A stretch of DNA of 64,000 nucleotides from a virus. The stretch's first letter is position 1. Every line of letters starts with the position of its first letter. The DNA is taken from IMG/VR virus record IMGVR_UViG_3300017973_000001, positions 32,001-96,000 of that record. One strand, 5' to 3'. The translations under genes were made by a program, and so were the position numbers. This document shows, piece after piece, positions 49,918 to 59,745 of this stretch. Under the pieces are notes generated by a model, which made no database searches, had not been told where the DNA came from, and saw nothing but the letters and a program-made list of their open reading frames with translations.

Positions 49918-50370
49918 ATGGACTTATACAAAATGCTTTTTGGACAGAATGTACAGACAGATAAGATTTTAGATTTAATTAATTTAAAGAAGGAAGATAT
50001 TAGTAGGTTCCGTGATTGTGGAGTTGATAAGAAAAACCTCCTTATATGGATTCTTACTAGAACTGGTATTAAGAATGTGATGGGAGCAAGCAACGGGCAC
50101 CTGGAACTTAAAAGCCATTTTCTACATAGAGTGAATGAGCCACATGATCCTACATATGAGCTTATTTATTTTACGATTCCAACTCTAGCTGACACTAGTG
50201 AGATAGAACATACACGGATTCCTAAGCTGAAGGAAATGTTTGAGCAAGCTAGTTGGGACGTTGAGAACGGTAAACTAAATGAAATGACACGAAAATTCAT
50301 GGCCGACTTAGAGTTACAATTAAAAAATGCTAAACCTGGCCAAGTATTTTCTTTAATAGAGGAAGATTGA
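49918..50370 (+). CDS. hypothetical protein
   Basis: GGGGG RBS; RFRDC...TRTG...D.TY..IYF. Confidence 0.7.
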   Translation: MDLYKMLFGQNVQTDKILDLINLKKEDISRFRDCGVDKKNLLIWILTRTGIKNVMGASNGHLELKSHFLHRVNEPHDPTYELIYFTIPTLADTSEIEHTRIPKLKEMFEQASWDVENGKLNEMTRKFMADLELQLKNAKPGQVFSLIEED

Positions 50371-50371
50371 T

Positions 50372-50941
50372 ATGTCTAAAGCTGAGTACGATTTCGAGAG
50401 ATTTAAAGTATTGTACAAACATAGAGGCGAGGCAGAATTTAAAGCGATCCAAGAGGACCAACGCTTGCAGACTGCTCTTAAACAATACATTGGGACAGAA
50501 GTATTAACGCAAATTAACGAGGACCCGGAAATTGAGACTAAGATAATGCCATTTCTTATTTTCATTCAAAGACAGACGTTAATGAACTACTACCTAATGG
50601 CTATAAATAGAGATGACGGTGGTTTTAGTCTTTTACGCAGTGACTTTACTTTCATGGCTAGTATATCTACGTGCCTGGCTAATAAGCTGACGGCTCCTCA
50701 TGTATCAAGTAAACGTATCATAGAACTAAAGAGTATTATGTCGCTCCGTTATAGAAACGCTTATAAGTTCATGAGTAGGTTAATTAAACTAGCCGAGGAA
50801 ATAGACTGCCCTATTACCTTATGGACAGAAACAGACCGTCCAACCGAGTATTTTACAAGGTATGGGTTCAAGGATTGTGGGAAGATTGGGTACAACGGTG
50901 AACGTTTAATGGTATTAAATCCGGGAGAAGGTTCAATATGA
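50372..50941 (+). CDS. possible GNAT-fold acetyltransferase
   Basis: C-terminal LIKLAEE...ITLWTE....EYFTRYGF. Confidence 0.45.
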   Translation: MSKAEYDFERFKVLYKHRGEAEFKAIQEDQRLQTALKQYIGTEVLTQINEDPEIETKIMPFLIFIQRQTLMNYYLMAINRDDGGFSLLRSDFTFMASISTCLANKLTAPHVSSKRIIELKSIMSLRYRNAYKFMSRLIKLAEEIDCPITLWTETDRPTEYFTRYGFKDCGKIGYNGERLMVLNPGEGSI

Positions 50942-52752
50942 GGAGAGAGCTGACGATTGACGATACAATCTATGAAATGAAATTAAGGGTTAATAAGCTT
51001 ATTGAGGAAATGGAAAAGTTATCATTTAAAGAACAACCAGTCGAATACATGAGCTATCAAATGAGAATAACTGAATTAATATCTATGATTGATTGGATCG
51101 AGACAAGAGCGAAAATCGGTCTGTAAGGGGAAATGAAGGATGACAAAAGAGGAGCTACTAGAAAAACTAGCTGATTATCCAAAGGATTTTAAAATAATCG
51201 TGCCGAAGAATATACAACAAGAAGGTAGAGACTTGTTTGAATGTACGAAAGTATCAACCGTTGGGAATTTTATTGTATTAGAATCTGATTAATAGGGGTG
51301 GTAAGCTTGGCGAGTGAGGTATTTACGAGTGAATTGTATACCAGTGAAAATGAAAATAGGTTCTTTACGAAAAGTAAGTATGAGTTTATAGGTCATGATT
51401 TTAAATTAGAGGCTTTAGAAGAACTGACGAACGATCCGAAGTTCATAAAAGAACTTGATTATTCTATAGGTAGTATGTATATTAGGAAGTTTCGTTATAA
51501 AGAAGGAGAAAAACATTTTTTCTTTGATTTTTATTTAACTGATTACGACAAGGAAAGATTTACTCTTATACATGCCTACCACAACAAAGAGGATTACTTT
51601 AGTATAGATACAATTAACCACAATTTTTTCTATGACTTAGAGCTGAACGTCAAGATCACGAACAAACGAGTTAAAAAGGGGAGCTAGTGCCGAGGCTCCT
51701 CAGCGTTTGCCCTATACAGGAGGAATGTTTGTGAAAAAGATTACTGTAACGGTTACTGTTTCAAAAGAATTAGAAGGAACTGAAATCGCCAATTACTTAT
51801 TGCTAATAGGTCCATGCAAGAAAGATAAGTAACACCAGGAGGAAACTATGCAACTAGAAAAGATAGGTAAAACCTTTTTATTTAATTCCTATTATGCTTT
51901 ATCTTATAAGGACGCTCACTTTCAAACAAAGCAAGCCTACGTTGTTATCTTAGAGGAAATAATTAGAGAAGAATATTTAACATATGATGAACTAATTGCA
52001 TTTTATTTAGGTATTGAGGATAGTGACATAGATAAGATTAATGGTATTATCGAATGGATCAAAGCTTGGTCAAAGCTTGTAGTAGTTTAATAGATTAAGG
52101 GGAGAATATTATGATACGTATACAGTATATTTGTAGTAATTGTGGCGCTTTTGAACCTTACCTACCATCTAAGAGCTCATCTATAACTTGTATGAAATGT
52201 CACCACAATGAACGTATTCCGGACCCTACTAAATTAGTAAATGAAGGAGAGATAAGTATGAAAAGGTTAGCTTTTGTAATGAGAGGACATTCTGATTATG
52301 ATGACCGTTTATGGTCCTTATTAAAAATTTATAACGACCAGCTAAGGGTATCGTATTCAGAGTTCTATCAAGGTTATGACCACGTAAAATTTATGCCCTT
52401 AATGGTTATGGCCGGAGCAACTATTGTACCGTTATCTGAGGATGATAGTGAAATTGACGCTTATTCTGTAGAAGTTGAAGAAGCTAAGGTGGAAACATTT
52501 CTCAAGCAGTTGGAAAAAGAAATATCGGATTATATAAAGTATAGCTAGGGGATGAGCTTAATGGAGAATAAAGAACTAAAGAAGTACGTAGCTAAGCAGA
52601 AAATACAGATGAGAGGTACTATTGAGTCAGACGTACCCGTATCCCAGGCAGACATAGAGCAAGCCATGAAAGGGATCGTAGAAGAAAAGTTAAAAGCTCA
52701 GTATGATGGCAATTTTAAAGTAGACTCTATAAAGGTCACTCTTGATAAATAA
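50938..52752 (+). other. small hypothetical CDS cluster (50938-51126, 51140-51292, 51298-51687, 51848-52090, 52111-52548, 52552-52752)
   Basis: same strand, RBSs; 52111 has CSNC...CMKC. Confidence 0.65.
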
Positions 52753-52844
52753 TTAACGGTCACACCTCTCTTTTCGTATATGTGAAATAGGGAGGTGTTG
52801 TTGTATGAAATGACATAGAATGTCTCACATGCTATAATTTAAGT

Positions 52845-53021
52845 ACGGTTTAACTGTACGTTGCAAACGAAAATTTCATCATGTATCAATTGAATTTTAC
52901 AACTCAATAGAATGTTGTTTAGTTGGAATGGTTTGAACTTCGACAATTCTGAGCCATTGCACAATACCAACTAAATAACATTCAAAACAAAAAGAGTAGG
53001 CTTGAGACACCTACTCTTTTT
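52845..53021 (+). ncRNA. candidate ~180-nt RNA with long hairpin
   Basis: ATGACA-17-TATAAT at 52810-52838; bidirectional terminator 52989-53021. Confidence 0.6.
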
Positions 53022-53228
53022 GCTATTACGTCATTGTCAGTTTGCACCTGTCGTTCTACCAGTTTACATCTAGAGATTGGAATTTGAAGGTGATTAAAAA
53101 TTCCAAATGTTGCAGAAAAGCCATGTTTGTAATTAGATCGGATTTAAGATTTAAGTTAAAAGCCTTACGAAAAAACGAATAATAGTGTGTGTTGTATTTT
53201 CCACTATACGAATAATTAAATGAGTTCT
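52989..53228 (-). ncRNA. candidate ~240-nt RNA
   Basis: TTGAAT-17-TATAAT (53262-53234); same bidirectional terminator; no RBS-led ORF. Confidence 0.55.
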
Positions 53229-53416
53229 GTAATATTATACTATTCACACAACAATTATTCAAGGTTAGACCTATGTTTCACGTATAATTACCCAAAACAA
53301 CATAGCCGGAACCAGGCACAATACCCCATAAATATACCTACCATTACATAAAGATACGACTGAGCATGTTATACCCGAAAATACCATGAACCATAAGAGA
53401 AACAATATAGTAAACT

Positions 53417-53623
53417 TCATATCTTCTCTACCACGTAGTAGTAAGCAAAATCTAACCCCGTGTTTTTGTCATTATAGACGTGATCCACATAAGCATATGT
53501 ATATTTCTCACCATATAACGTGATTTCTTGCCCTTCAATTAGTTTAGGGAGCTCATGGTATAACGGTTGCACATCTATTATCTTTTCTTCTCCAATTTCA
53601 AAGAAACAAAGTCCTTTTCGCAT
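53417..53623 (-). CDS. hypothetical protein
   Basis: AAGGTGG RBS. Confidence 0.6.
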   Translation of the reverse strand: MRKGLCFFEIGEEKIIDVQPLYHELPKLIEGQEITLYGEKYTYAYVDHVYNDKNTGLDFAYYYVVEKI

Positions 53624-53654
53624 GAAAATACCACCTTTTTAGTAAAATTAAGCG

Positions 53655-53991
53655 TTTTTAGGTGTTTTTGAGCATTTTTTAACGTTTTTTATGATATTTT
53701 CGGTGTTTTTTATCACTTTTGAGTAGTTTTTAAGTGTTTTTATGCTATTTTAAGCGTATTTTAGTACTTTTTGGGCCGTTTTAGGGTGTTTTTAGACGTT
53801 TTTGACACATTTTTAGGTCACTTTAAGCCATTTTGGACCTATTTTGACTCATTTTAATGCTAATTTCAGCTCTTTTCAGCCCATTTCAGCTCTTTTTTAG
53901 CAGTTTTTATTAAAAAATTGGCTATTTTTTGAATTAAATGAACGTTTTTAAGCCTTTTTAAGCAAAAAATACGGGTTTTTAGACCTTTTTT
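53655..53991. other. helically phased T-tract array (intrinsically curved DNA)
   Basis: 25 consecutive T3-T6 tracts, mean period about 10.4 bp. Confidence 0.9.
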
Positions 53992-54020
53992 CAGCTCGTA
54001 TTTGGCCTTATTATTCGTGT

Positions 54021-54296
54021 TTATAACATGCTAACTGTAGCTATAACCTGGGATGGCAAGTTATTTAGACTAGTTAACCCCATAATAAATGTAATACCTA
54101 GCTTGCTATTATGTACTAGTCTCATATTGTCATCATATGTTTTCAAATAGTAGTCTAGCTTTTCCTGGAAGTTTTCACGGGGATTGATAATTAGTTCCTC
54201 GTATTTTGCTACTCCTTCGACTGCGATCATTACATAACTGAAAGATTCATCCTCTATGATGACATTGAATGTTTGTTCAAACTCAGTTTTCTTCAT
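54021..54296 (-). CDS. hypothetical phage protein
   Basis: ELIINPRENFQEKLDYYLKTYDDNM; AAGGGGG RBS. Confidence 0.7.
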   Translation of the reverse strand: MKKTEFEQTFNVIIEDESFSYVMIAVEGVAKYEELIINPRENFQEKLDYYLKTYDDNMRLVHNSKLGITFIMGLTSLNNLPSQVIATVSML

Positions 54297-54317
54297 GTTG
54301 TTCCCCCTTTGTATATG

Positions 54318-54422
54318 AAAAAAGGTCCCTCAGCTTGGAAAGGGACCCCTTGACAGTGAAAATAAATGTAAAAACCAATGTATACTTCTAACGGAGAGCA
54401 AGAAATATATATTCTTTAGTCC
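54318..54422 (-). ncRNA. candidate sRNA or attenuated leader
   Basis: TTGATT-17-TATATT (54456-54428); terminator GGUCCCU/AGGGACC plus U6. Confidence 0.55.
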
Positions 54423-54550
54423 ATCTAAATATATCAATATAGTTTATCTAAATCAATAATCCAATAGTAACATTAAAATTTTATGAGCCTCAGTAGATTA
54501 ATAGAGTTTACACCTATACTAACTGTGATTAAACAATAGGAGGGATAGGT

Positions 54551-55288
54551 ATGAATTACAAAATTGTAAAAGACTCTCTTGATCTACGGGACAAAATCTA
54601 CACAAGTAGCAAATACAAAACAGTAAATGACGTACCGGCTCAGACAAATAACTCAGCTTTAATTGATTGGGTTTTTGACCAGGGGCATGAGGGATCGTGC
54701 ACTGCTAATACTTTTGCTAGTATGCGTATGTATTTGCTTAAAAAGAATGGTCAAACGGCACCAGTATTAAGCCGTGCTTATATCTACTGGCATGAACGTA
54801 AATATGAAGGAACTACTAACCAGGATTCCGGAGCTCTTTCAAGGGATGGAGTAAGAACGTTACTAGAATTTGGAGTATGTACAGATAATGCTATGCCGTA
54901 CAGTGACCGTTCATATGGGGTTGCTCCATCAACACAAGCTGAAGCTGAAGCTTTCAGATATAAAATCAACGCTTACTACCGTGTTCCGGACGTTACTACT
55001 TTGAAAATGGCTCTTGCTGATGGACTAGTAGTATCACTGGGAATGACAGTTTATAAATCGTTTGAGTACGGAACAGTAGGTGAGACCGGTATTTTTGAGA
55101 CACCTGGTTTATTTGAACAGAAATTAGGTGGCCATGAAGTACTGATTGTAGATTATAAAAAAGTTGGAAATTCATACGAGTACAAAGTGTTAAATAGTTG
55201 GGGAGAAAACTGGGGCCAAAGAGGTTATTTTTGGATTACTGAGACTCAGCTAAAGAAAGTAGCTATGGATTTTTGGACTGCTAACTAA
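54551..55288 (+). CDS. papain-like cysteine peptidase (C1 family)
   Basis: DQGHEGSCTAN, GGHEV, NSWGENWGQRGYFW. Confidence 0.92.
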   Translation: MNYKIVKDSLDLRDKIYTSSKYKTVNDVPAQTNNSALIDWVFDQGHEGSCTANTFASMRMYLLKKNGQTAPVLSRAYIYWHERKYEGTTNQDSGALSRDGVRTLLEFGVCTDNAMPYSDRSYGVAPSTQAEAEAFRYKINAYYRVPDVTTLKMALADGLVVSLGMTVYKSFEYGTVGETGIFETPGLFEQKLGGHEVLIVDYKKVGNSYEYKVLNSWGENWGQRGYFWITETQLKKVAMDFWTAN

Positions 55289-55291
55289 ACG

Positions 55292-55720
55292 AAAAAGAGC
55301 CCTCCGGGATTCGGTAGGGTTCTTTCTCTGTTAAATAAACTAATAGGAGTGCTACCCGTCAGTAGCACATCATCAAATATACCAGGTTTTACCAATATCA
55401 TCAATAACAAAACAAAAAGTACCCCATCCGACAAGGGTACTCATTGTTGACAAAAATTAAAATAAAAGGAACTTTTATAATTTACCAGTTATTGGGGATA
55501 AGAGCAAGAGAAAAAGGTACCAATTAAGGTACCAGTTCTCAAAGGAAATTTTAATTTACTAATCATGAAATAATATTAGAAAAAGGTAATATTAGTATAA
55601 TTTACACCGTTTAAAAAATCAAGAGAGGTACTGGACCTCTCCACCTTCTTGTATAGCACACTACTAGATTTTGTTTGGAGAAGGTATTTTTATCATTACC
55701 CTTATTAGCAATGCTTATAC
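55292..55720 (-). ncRNA. tandem array of four candidate sRNA genes
   Basis: four promoter/short RNA/terminator units head to tail; see findings. Confidence 0.7.
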
Positions 55721-55816
55721 TTGTCTACTCTATATGTGTACCGGGAGGTAACTCCCACCACCAGGAGGGAAGGTTATACCTTTCCTCTTTTAATTTTATA
55801 AAGAGGAGGACAAGAT

Positions 55817-56599
55817 ATGTCATTATTTAAAACGATTCAAGTATTTGATACGTCTGTATTAAGCCCTGGAACTGCAATTGATTATGAAACAAAAACAGTT
55901 AAGTTTAATGGCCTTATCACTCGTTCAGATAATTTTATCTTAGAGATTGATTACTATGATCCATCTGCCCTTAATACGGGTAGTCTAATGATTGCACTGG
56001 ATGATGTAGTTAAACAAAAAGTAGCAATTAATATTCTAGAAAATACTACACATACTGTTCCGGATACTACTCCACCGGATAATGTAACTGGTGTAACTGT
56101 ATCTCCTAACTACACTGCCGTTGTTTTAAGATGGACTAATCCAACTGGATTCAGTGACTTTAACGGTGTAAACATCTATCGAGACGGAACATTAGTTGTT
56201 AAAAACTTAGTTAACACAACGTTTACAGATACTTCTCTAAATGAAGGACAAACTTACACGTACATTATTAAATCAACTGACCTAGCTGATAATGAGTCAG
56301 ATGGTATTACGAAAGTTACTACTACACTTGATTCTGTACCTCCTAGTGATGTAGCTAACTTACGTGGTGGTTTAATTACAACCACAAGTATTGAATTATT
56401 ATATGACCTACCGACTGACGCTGATTTTGACCATTTAGTTATCCTACGTAACAATGTTCAGATCGCAAACAGTGTAAGAACTCCGGCTTTCACAGATAAT
56501 GGATTATCTACTGGCCAAGTTTATAACTACACTGTAATTGCCGTTGACCTAAGTGGAAATCAGACTGCCGGGGTTGATATTAGTTTATCTGCTTTATAA
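55817..56599 (+). CDS. protein with two fibronectin type III domains
   Basis: DTTPPDNVT...LRW.NP...YRDG...FTDTSL..G.TYTY.I...D.A.NES, repeated. Confidence 0.85.
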   Translation: MSLFKTIQVFDTSVLSPGTAIDYETKTVKFNGLITRSDNFILEIDYYDPSALNTGSLMIALDDVVKQKVAINILENTTHTVPDTTPPDNVTGVTVSPNYTAVVLRWTNPTGFSDFNGVNIYRDGTLVVKNLVNTTFTDTSLNEGQTYTYIIKSTDLADNESDGITKVTTTLDSVPPSDVANLRGGLITTTSIELLYDLPTDADFDHLVILRNNVQIANSVRTPAFTDNGLSTGQVYNYTVIAVDLSGNQTAGVDISLSAL

Positions 56600-56602
56600 T
56601 GC

Positions 56603-56738
56603 AAAAAAGGCGCACCCTCTATTAAAAGGGAACGCCTTTTTTGTGACTGTCTGCTTTAGATGTAAGGTGTGAACAAGGTGAAACCAACAAGAAGGTATGC
56701 CTTAGAATGGCATTTAAGGGCGCTTCGAACACCCTCAC
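56603..56738 (-). ncRNA. candidate sRNA with three ACCUU motifs
   Basis: phage-type promoter 56771-56745; two 5' hairpins; bidirectional terminator 56603-56642. Confidence 0.55.
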
Positions 56739-56926
56739 TATATTTATACGAATGGCTATAAGTAATGTTAACCTAATTATTTTTTAATTCGTATAAGAAC
56801 TATGTAGAGAATAATCCACTTTTAATGGTTTAACCTACGAAACTGGGAAGGAAATAATTTTTCGAGCTTCGCTAAGGTCAAAATATTTTAAAAAAGTTGG
56901 AAGTATTTAGAGAGGGTTTGGTGTGT

Positions 56927-57508
56927 ATGGCAGATTTTGGCTCAGCAAAAAAAGGGCGTATTGAGAGATTTAAACTAGAAGTTGACGCTATCAATCTACG
57001 AAAAGCCGGCTTGTCATTTCAAGCAATCGCTAACGAACTGAACAAGAACCCGGCAGTACCGGAGGATGAGCAGATTGATAAGCATGTGGTAATGAGATTC
57101 TTTGAAAAGATACCGGAAGTTCAACGTCAGCTTGTAAGAGAAGATAAAAAACGGTTAGTCCAGGTAGTAAATCAGAACATGGACATTATCAGTGAAATGA
57201 ATGAGTTGTTTGGTAAGTCTAAAATGCTACTGAACTACATGGAGGATAAGGCTTATAACGAGGGCAAGATGATAGACCCTTACCGTTTTAAAGCAGTCAG
57301 CTCCGAAATGAGGGAAATGCTGAAGCAGATGACTGACGTTCAGAAAGAGATTAGTGACTATGATAATATCCGTAAATTTATGGAAATCGTTATGGAAACA
57401 TTGAAGTCTGAAGCTCCGGAGTCTATTCCAACAATCGTACAGAAGCTACGTATGGCTCAAGGAACAAACTGGTTCGCTAACATGATCGGAGGTAAGGACA
57501 ATGAATGA
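56927..57508 (+). CDS. putative terminase small subunit
   Basis: N-terminal HTH (LRKAGLSFQAIANELN) and helical body upstream of TerL. Confidence 0.6.
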   Translation: MADFGSAKKGRIERFKLEVDAINLRKAGLSFQAIANELNKNPAVPEDEQIDKHVVMRFFEKIPEVQRQLVREDKKRLVQVVNQNMDIISEMNELFGKSKMLLNYMEDKAYNEGKMIDPYRFKAVSSEMREMLKQMTDVQKEISDYDNIRKFMEIVMETLKSEAPESIPTIVQKLRMAQGTNWFANMIGGKDNE

Positions 57509-58058
57509 AGTAGGAACAGTTAGATTATATATGGGCTCAATGTTCAGTGGTAAAACTACTACACTTATTGAAATCTTACGTTTCCGTAGAAACCAGGCTA
57601 TTTGTTTTAAACCTAGTATAGATAATAGAAGTGGTTCAGCTACAACATCTTCACATAACGGCTTTGAATATCCTTCTATGATTATTAATCAAGCTAGTGA
57701 GATATTCCTTCATGACTTGAATAATATTACGCTTATTGGAATTGATGAAGCTAGCTTATTCCTAAACGATCCTACGCTAATTCCAACTGTCCGAGTACTA
57801 AGGGATATGGGTTTTGATGTAGTAATTAGTGGATTGGAGCTTACTTCTGAAGATGAGCCATTTGGACAGATGGGCGACTTAGCTTGTATATCTGATGAAG
57901 TCTATAAATTACGTACTTATTGCTCTATGTGTAAAGATAGACCGGCCTCTATTTCAATGTTTACTGGTTCTGAGAAAGGGTTAGTAAAGATTGGTGGGGA
58001 GAGTTTATATAAACCAGTTTGTCGTACTTGTTATAACGGGGTAAAAGATAATGAGTGA
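57501..58058 (+). CDS. tdk: thymidine kinase
   Basis: GSMFSGKTT, FKPSIDNR, IDEA, CSMC, IGG...Y.PVCRTC. Confidence 0.93.
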   Translation: MNEVGTVRLYMGSMFSGKTTTLIEILRFRRNQAICFKPSIDNRSGSATTSSHNGFEYPSMIINQASEIFLHDLNNITLIGIDEASLFLNDPTLIPTVRVLRDMGFDVVISGLELTSEDEPFGQMGDLACISDEVYKLRTYCSMCKDRPASISMFTGSEKGLVKIGGESLYKPVCRTCYNGVKDNE

Positions 58059-59745
58059 TTTTCTAGATGGTTTATTAGGTGAATTTATTGATATTGCTGA
58101 AAGTACTTCAGAAGTAGAAGGGTTATGGAGAGAAACGCCCGTAGATATTATTACGTTTTTTAAAGACTATATGGGTGAGTCTCCGTATCCAGGCAAGCAA
58201 ACAGAACTTCTACAAAATGTAAATGACATTATGTGGTACAAGCTAACTGGTGACGAGAAGTTTTGCCAGGAGGACTTACAACAAATAACTGAAATGGTTA
58301 TCTTATTTGGTAAAGGTTCCGGTAAAGACTTCTTAGCTAGTGGAATACTAACCTATGTTATCTATCTAGTACTTTGCTTAAATGATCCACACACCTACTT
58401 TGGGTTTGGTAAGGATGAAAATATTGACTTTATCAATGTGGCCATCAACGCCTATCAAGCTAATAACGTATATTTTAAAAAGCTTAAGGCACGTTTAAAT
58501 AACTGTAAGTGGTTCGTGAAAGTTACGAAAGAGCCGAGAGCATGGAACGAATACCAGGTATTAAAAAACCAGGTTCGATTCTTCAAAGGGGTTACGGCCC
58601 ATTCTGCCCATTCCGAGGCTGATAGTTTTGAAGGATTTAACCCGTTAGTTCTGATATACGACGAAATAGGAGGCTTCGAGTTCGAGAAAGCAGAGTTTTG
58701 TTATGCTACTCTACGTTCTTCAGCTTCATCCCGTTTCAATGAAAAGCAGTTACATATTTTCATAAGTTTCCCTAGAAGTGAGTCTGATTTCATGTACTCA
58801 AAGTACAAGGAGGCTATTCACTCAAAGGACCCGGAGGTTTATGCCATTACGGGGTATTCATGGGAAGTTAACCCTAAGATTAGCCGTAAGTCATTGGAAA
58901 AAGATTTCATTCGTGATCCGGAAGGAAGTCGCATGCGTTACCAATGTATTCCTCCTAAGTATTCTGAAGGTTTATTCCAGTTTCCGGAGAAGATTGATAC
59001 CGTTGTTCAGCGTGGAAAACATGCCCAATGCCAAACGTTAACAGTTCAGAATACCATTACAACCCGTGTGCTTAAAAACGGTGAGGAGCGTCATTTTACG
59101 GGCCTAGAGATACACGGATTACAACTAGACCCTAACTATACTTACTATCTAGGAGGAGACGGTGGGGTTGAGACTGATAGTTACGTATTAGCGCTATTCC
59201 ACGGGGAGCCAACTAAGATAGAAGTACTAGAAGAAGGGGAAGTTATAGAAAAGTATGCTAATAAACCAGTAGAGGACCTTATTTTAGAGTGGAAACCTAA
59301 TAAGGCTGACCGTATCCCGGTAGACCTCATGAATGTAGCTGAAGTTATCGAAATGATCTGCAAGCAAGTATACGTGAAAAAGGCTCTTTTCGATAAATTT
59401 AACTCGGCTGAAGTTGTTCAAAGGTTGATGGGTATGGGGGTTGAGGCTGAGGACAAGAACTGGTCGAACCCATTCCAGTTACAAATCTATCAAAATATTA
59501 AAGGTCATATCTACACTGGTAATATCGAACTCTTAGACCATATCAATCTAGAAGGTATGAACGCTAATGAGGAGCTTAAAAACATAAAGTTATTGAATGG
59601 TAACAAAATAGATCACGATAAAGATAAATCAAAAGACTATAGTGACGCAAGAGCCGGAGCAGTTTGGTTATGTGCAACTGACGAACCGGACGATTCAGAA
59701 CACTTTGCTATGCCAACTTTACTAGGAGCTAGGAGGAGAGCTTAA
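58051..59745 (+). CDS. terL: terminase large subunit
   Basis: Walker A GKGSGKD, Walker B LIYDE, ISFPR, nuclease GGDG..DSY, FDKFNS, KIDH...SKDYSDA. Confidence 0.9.
   Translation: MSDFLDGLLGEFIDIAESTSEVEGLWRETPVDIITFFKDYMGESPYPGKQTELLQNVNDIMWYKLTGDEKFCQEDLQQITEMVILFGKGSGKDFLASGILTYVIYLVLCLNDPHTYFGFGKDENIDFINVAINAYQANNVYFKKLKARLNNCKWFVKVTKEPRAWNEYQVLKNQVRFFKGVTAHSAHSEADSFEGFNPLVLIYDEIGGFEFEKAEFCYATLRSSASSRFNEKQLHIFISFPRSESDFMYSKYKEAIHSKDPEVYAITGYSWEVNPKISRKSLEKDFIRDPEGSRMRYQCIPPKYSEGLFQFPEKIDTVVQRGKHAQCQTLTVQNTITTRVLKNGEERHFTGLEIHGLQLDPNYTYYLGGDGGVETDSYVLALFHGEPTKIEVLEEGEVIEKYANKPVEDLILEWKPNKADRIPVDLMNVAEVIEMICKQVYVKKALFDKFNSAEVVQRLMGMGVEAEDKNWSNPFQLQIYQNIKGHIYTGNIELLDHINLEGMNANEELKNIKLLNGNKIDHDKDKSKDYSDARAGAVWLCATDEPDDSEHFAMPTLLGARRRA

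Noticed and set aside
53056-53262. 68-aa minus ORF
   Set aside because: Its TTG start is the -35 box of the promoter, so it lies upstream of the transcript start
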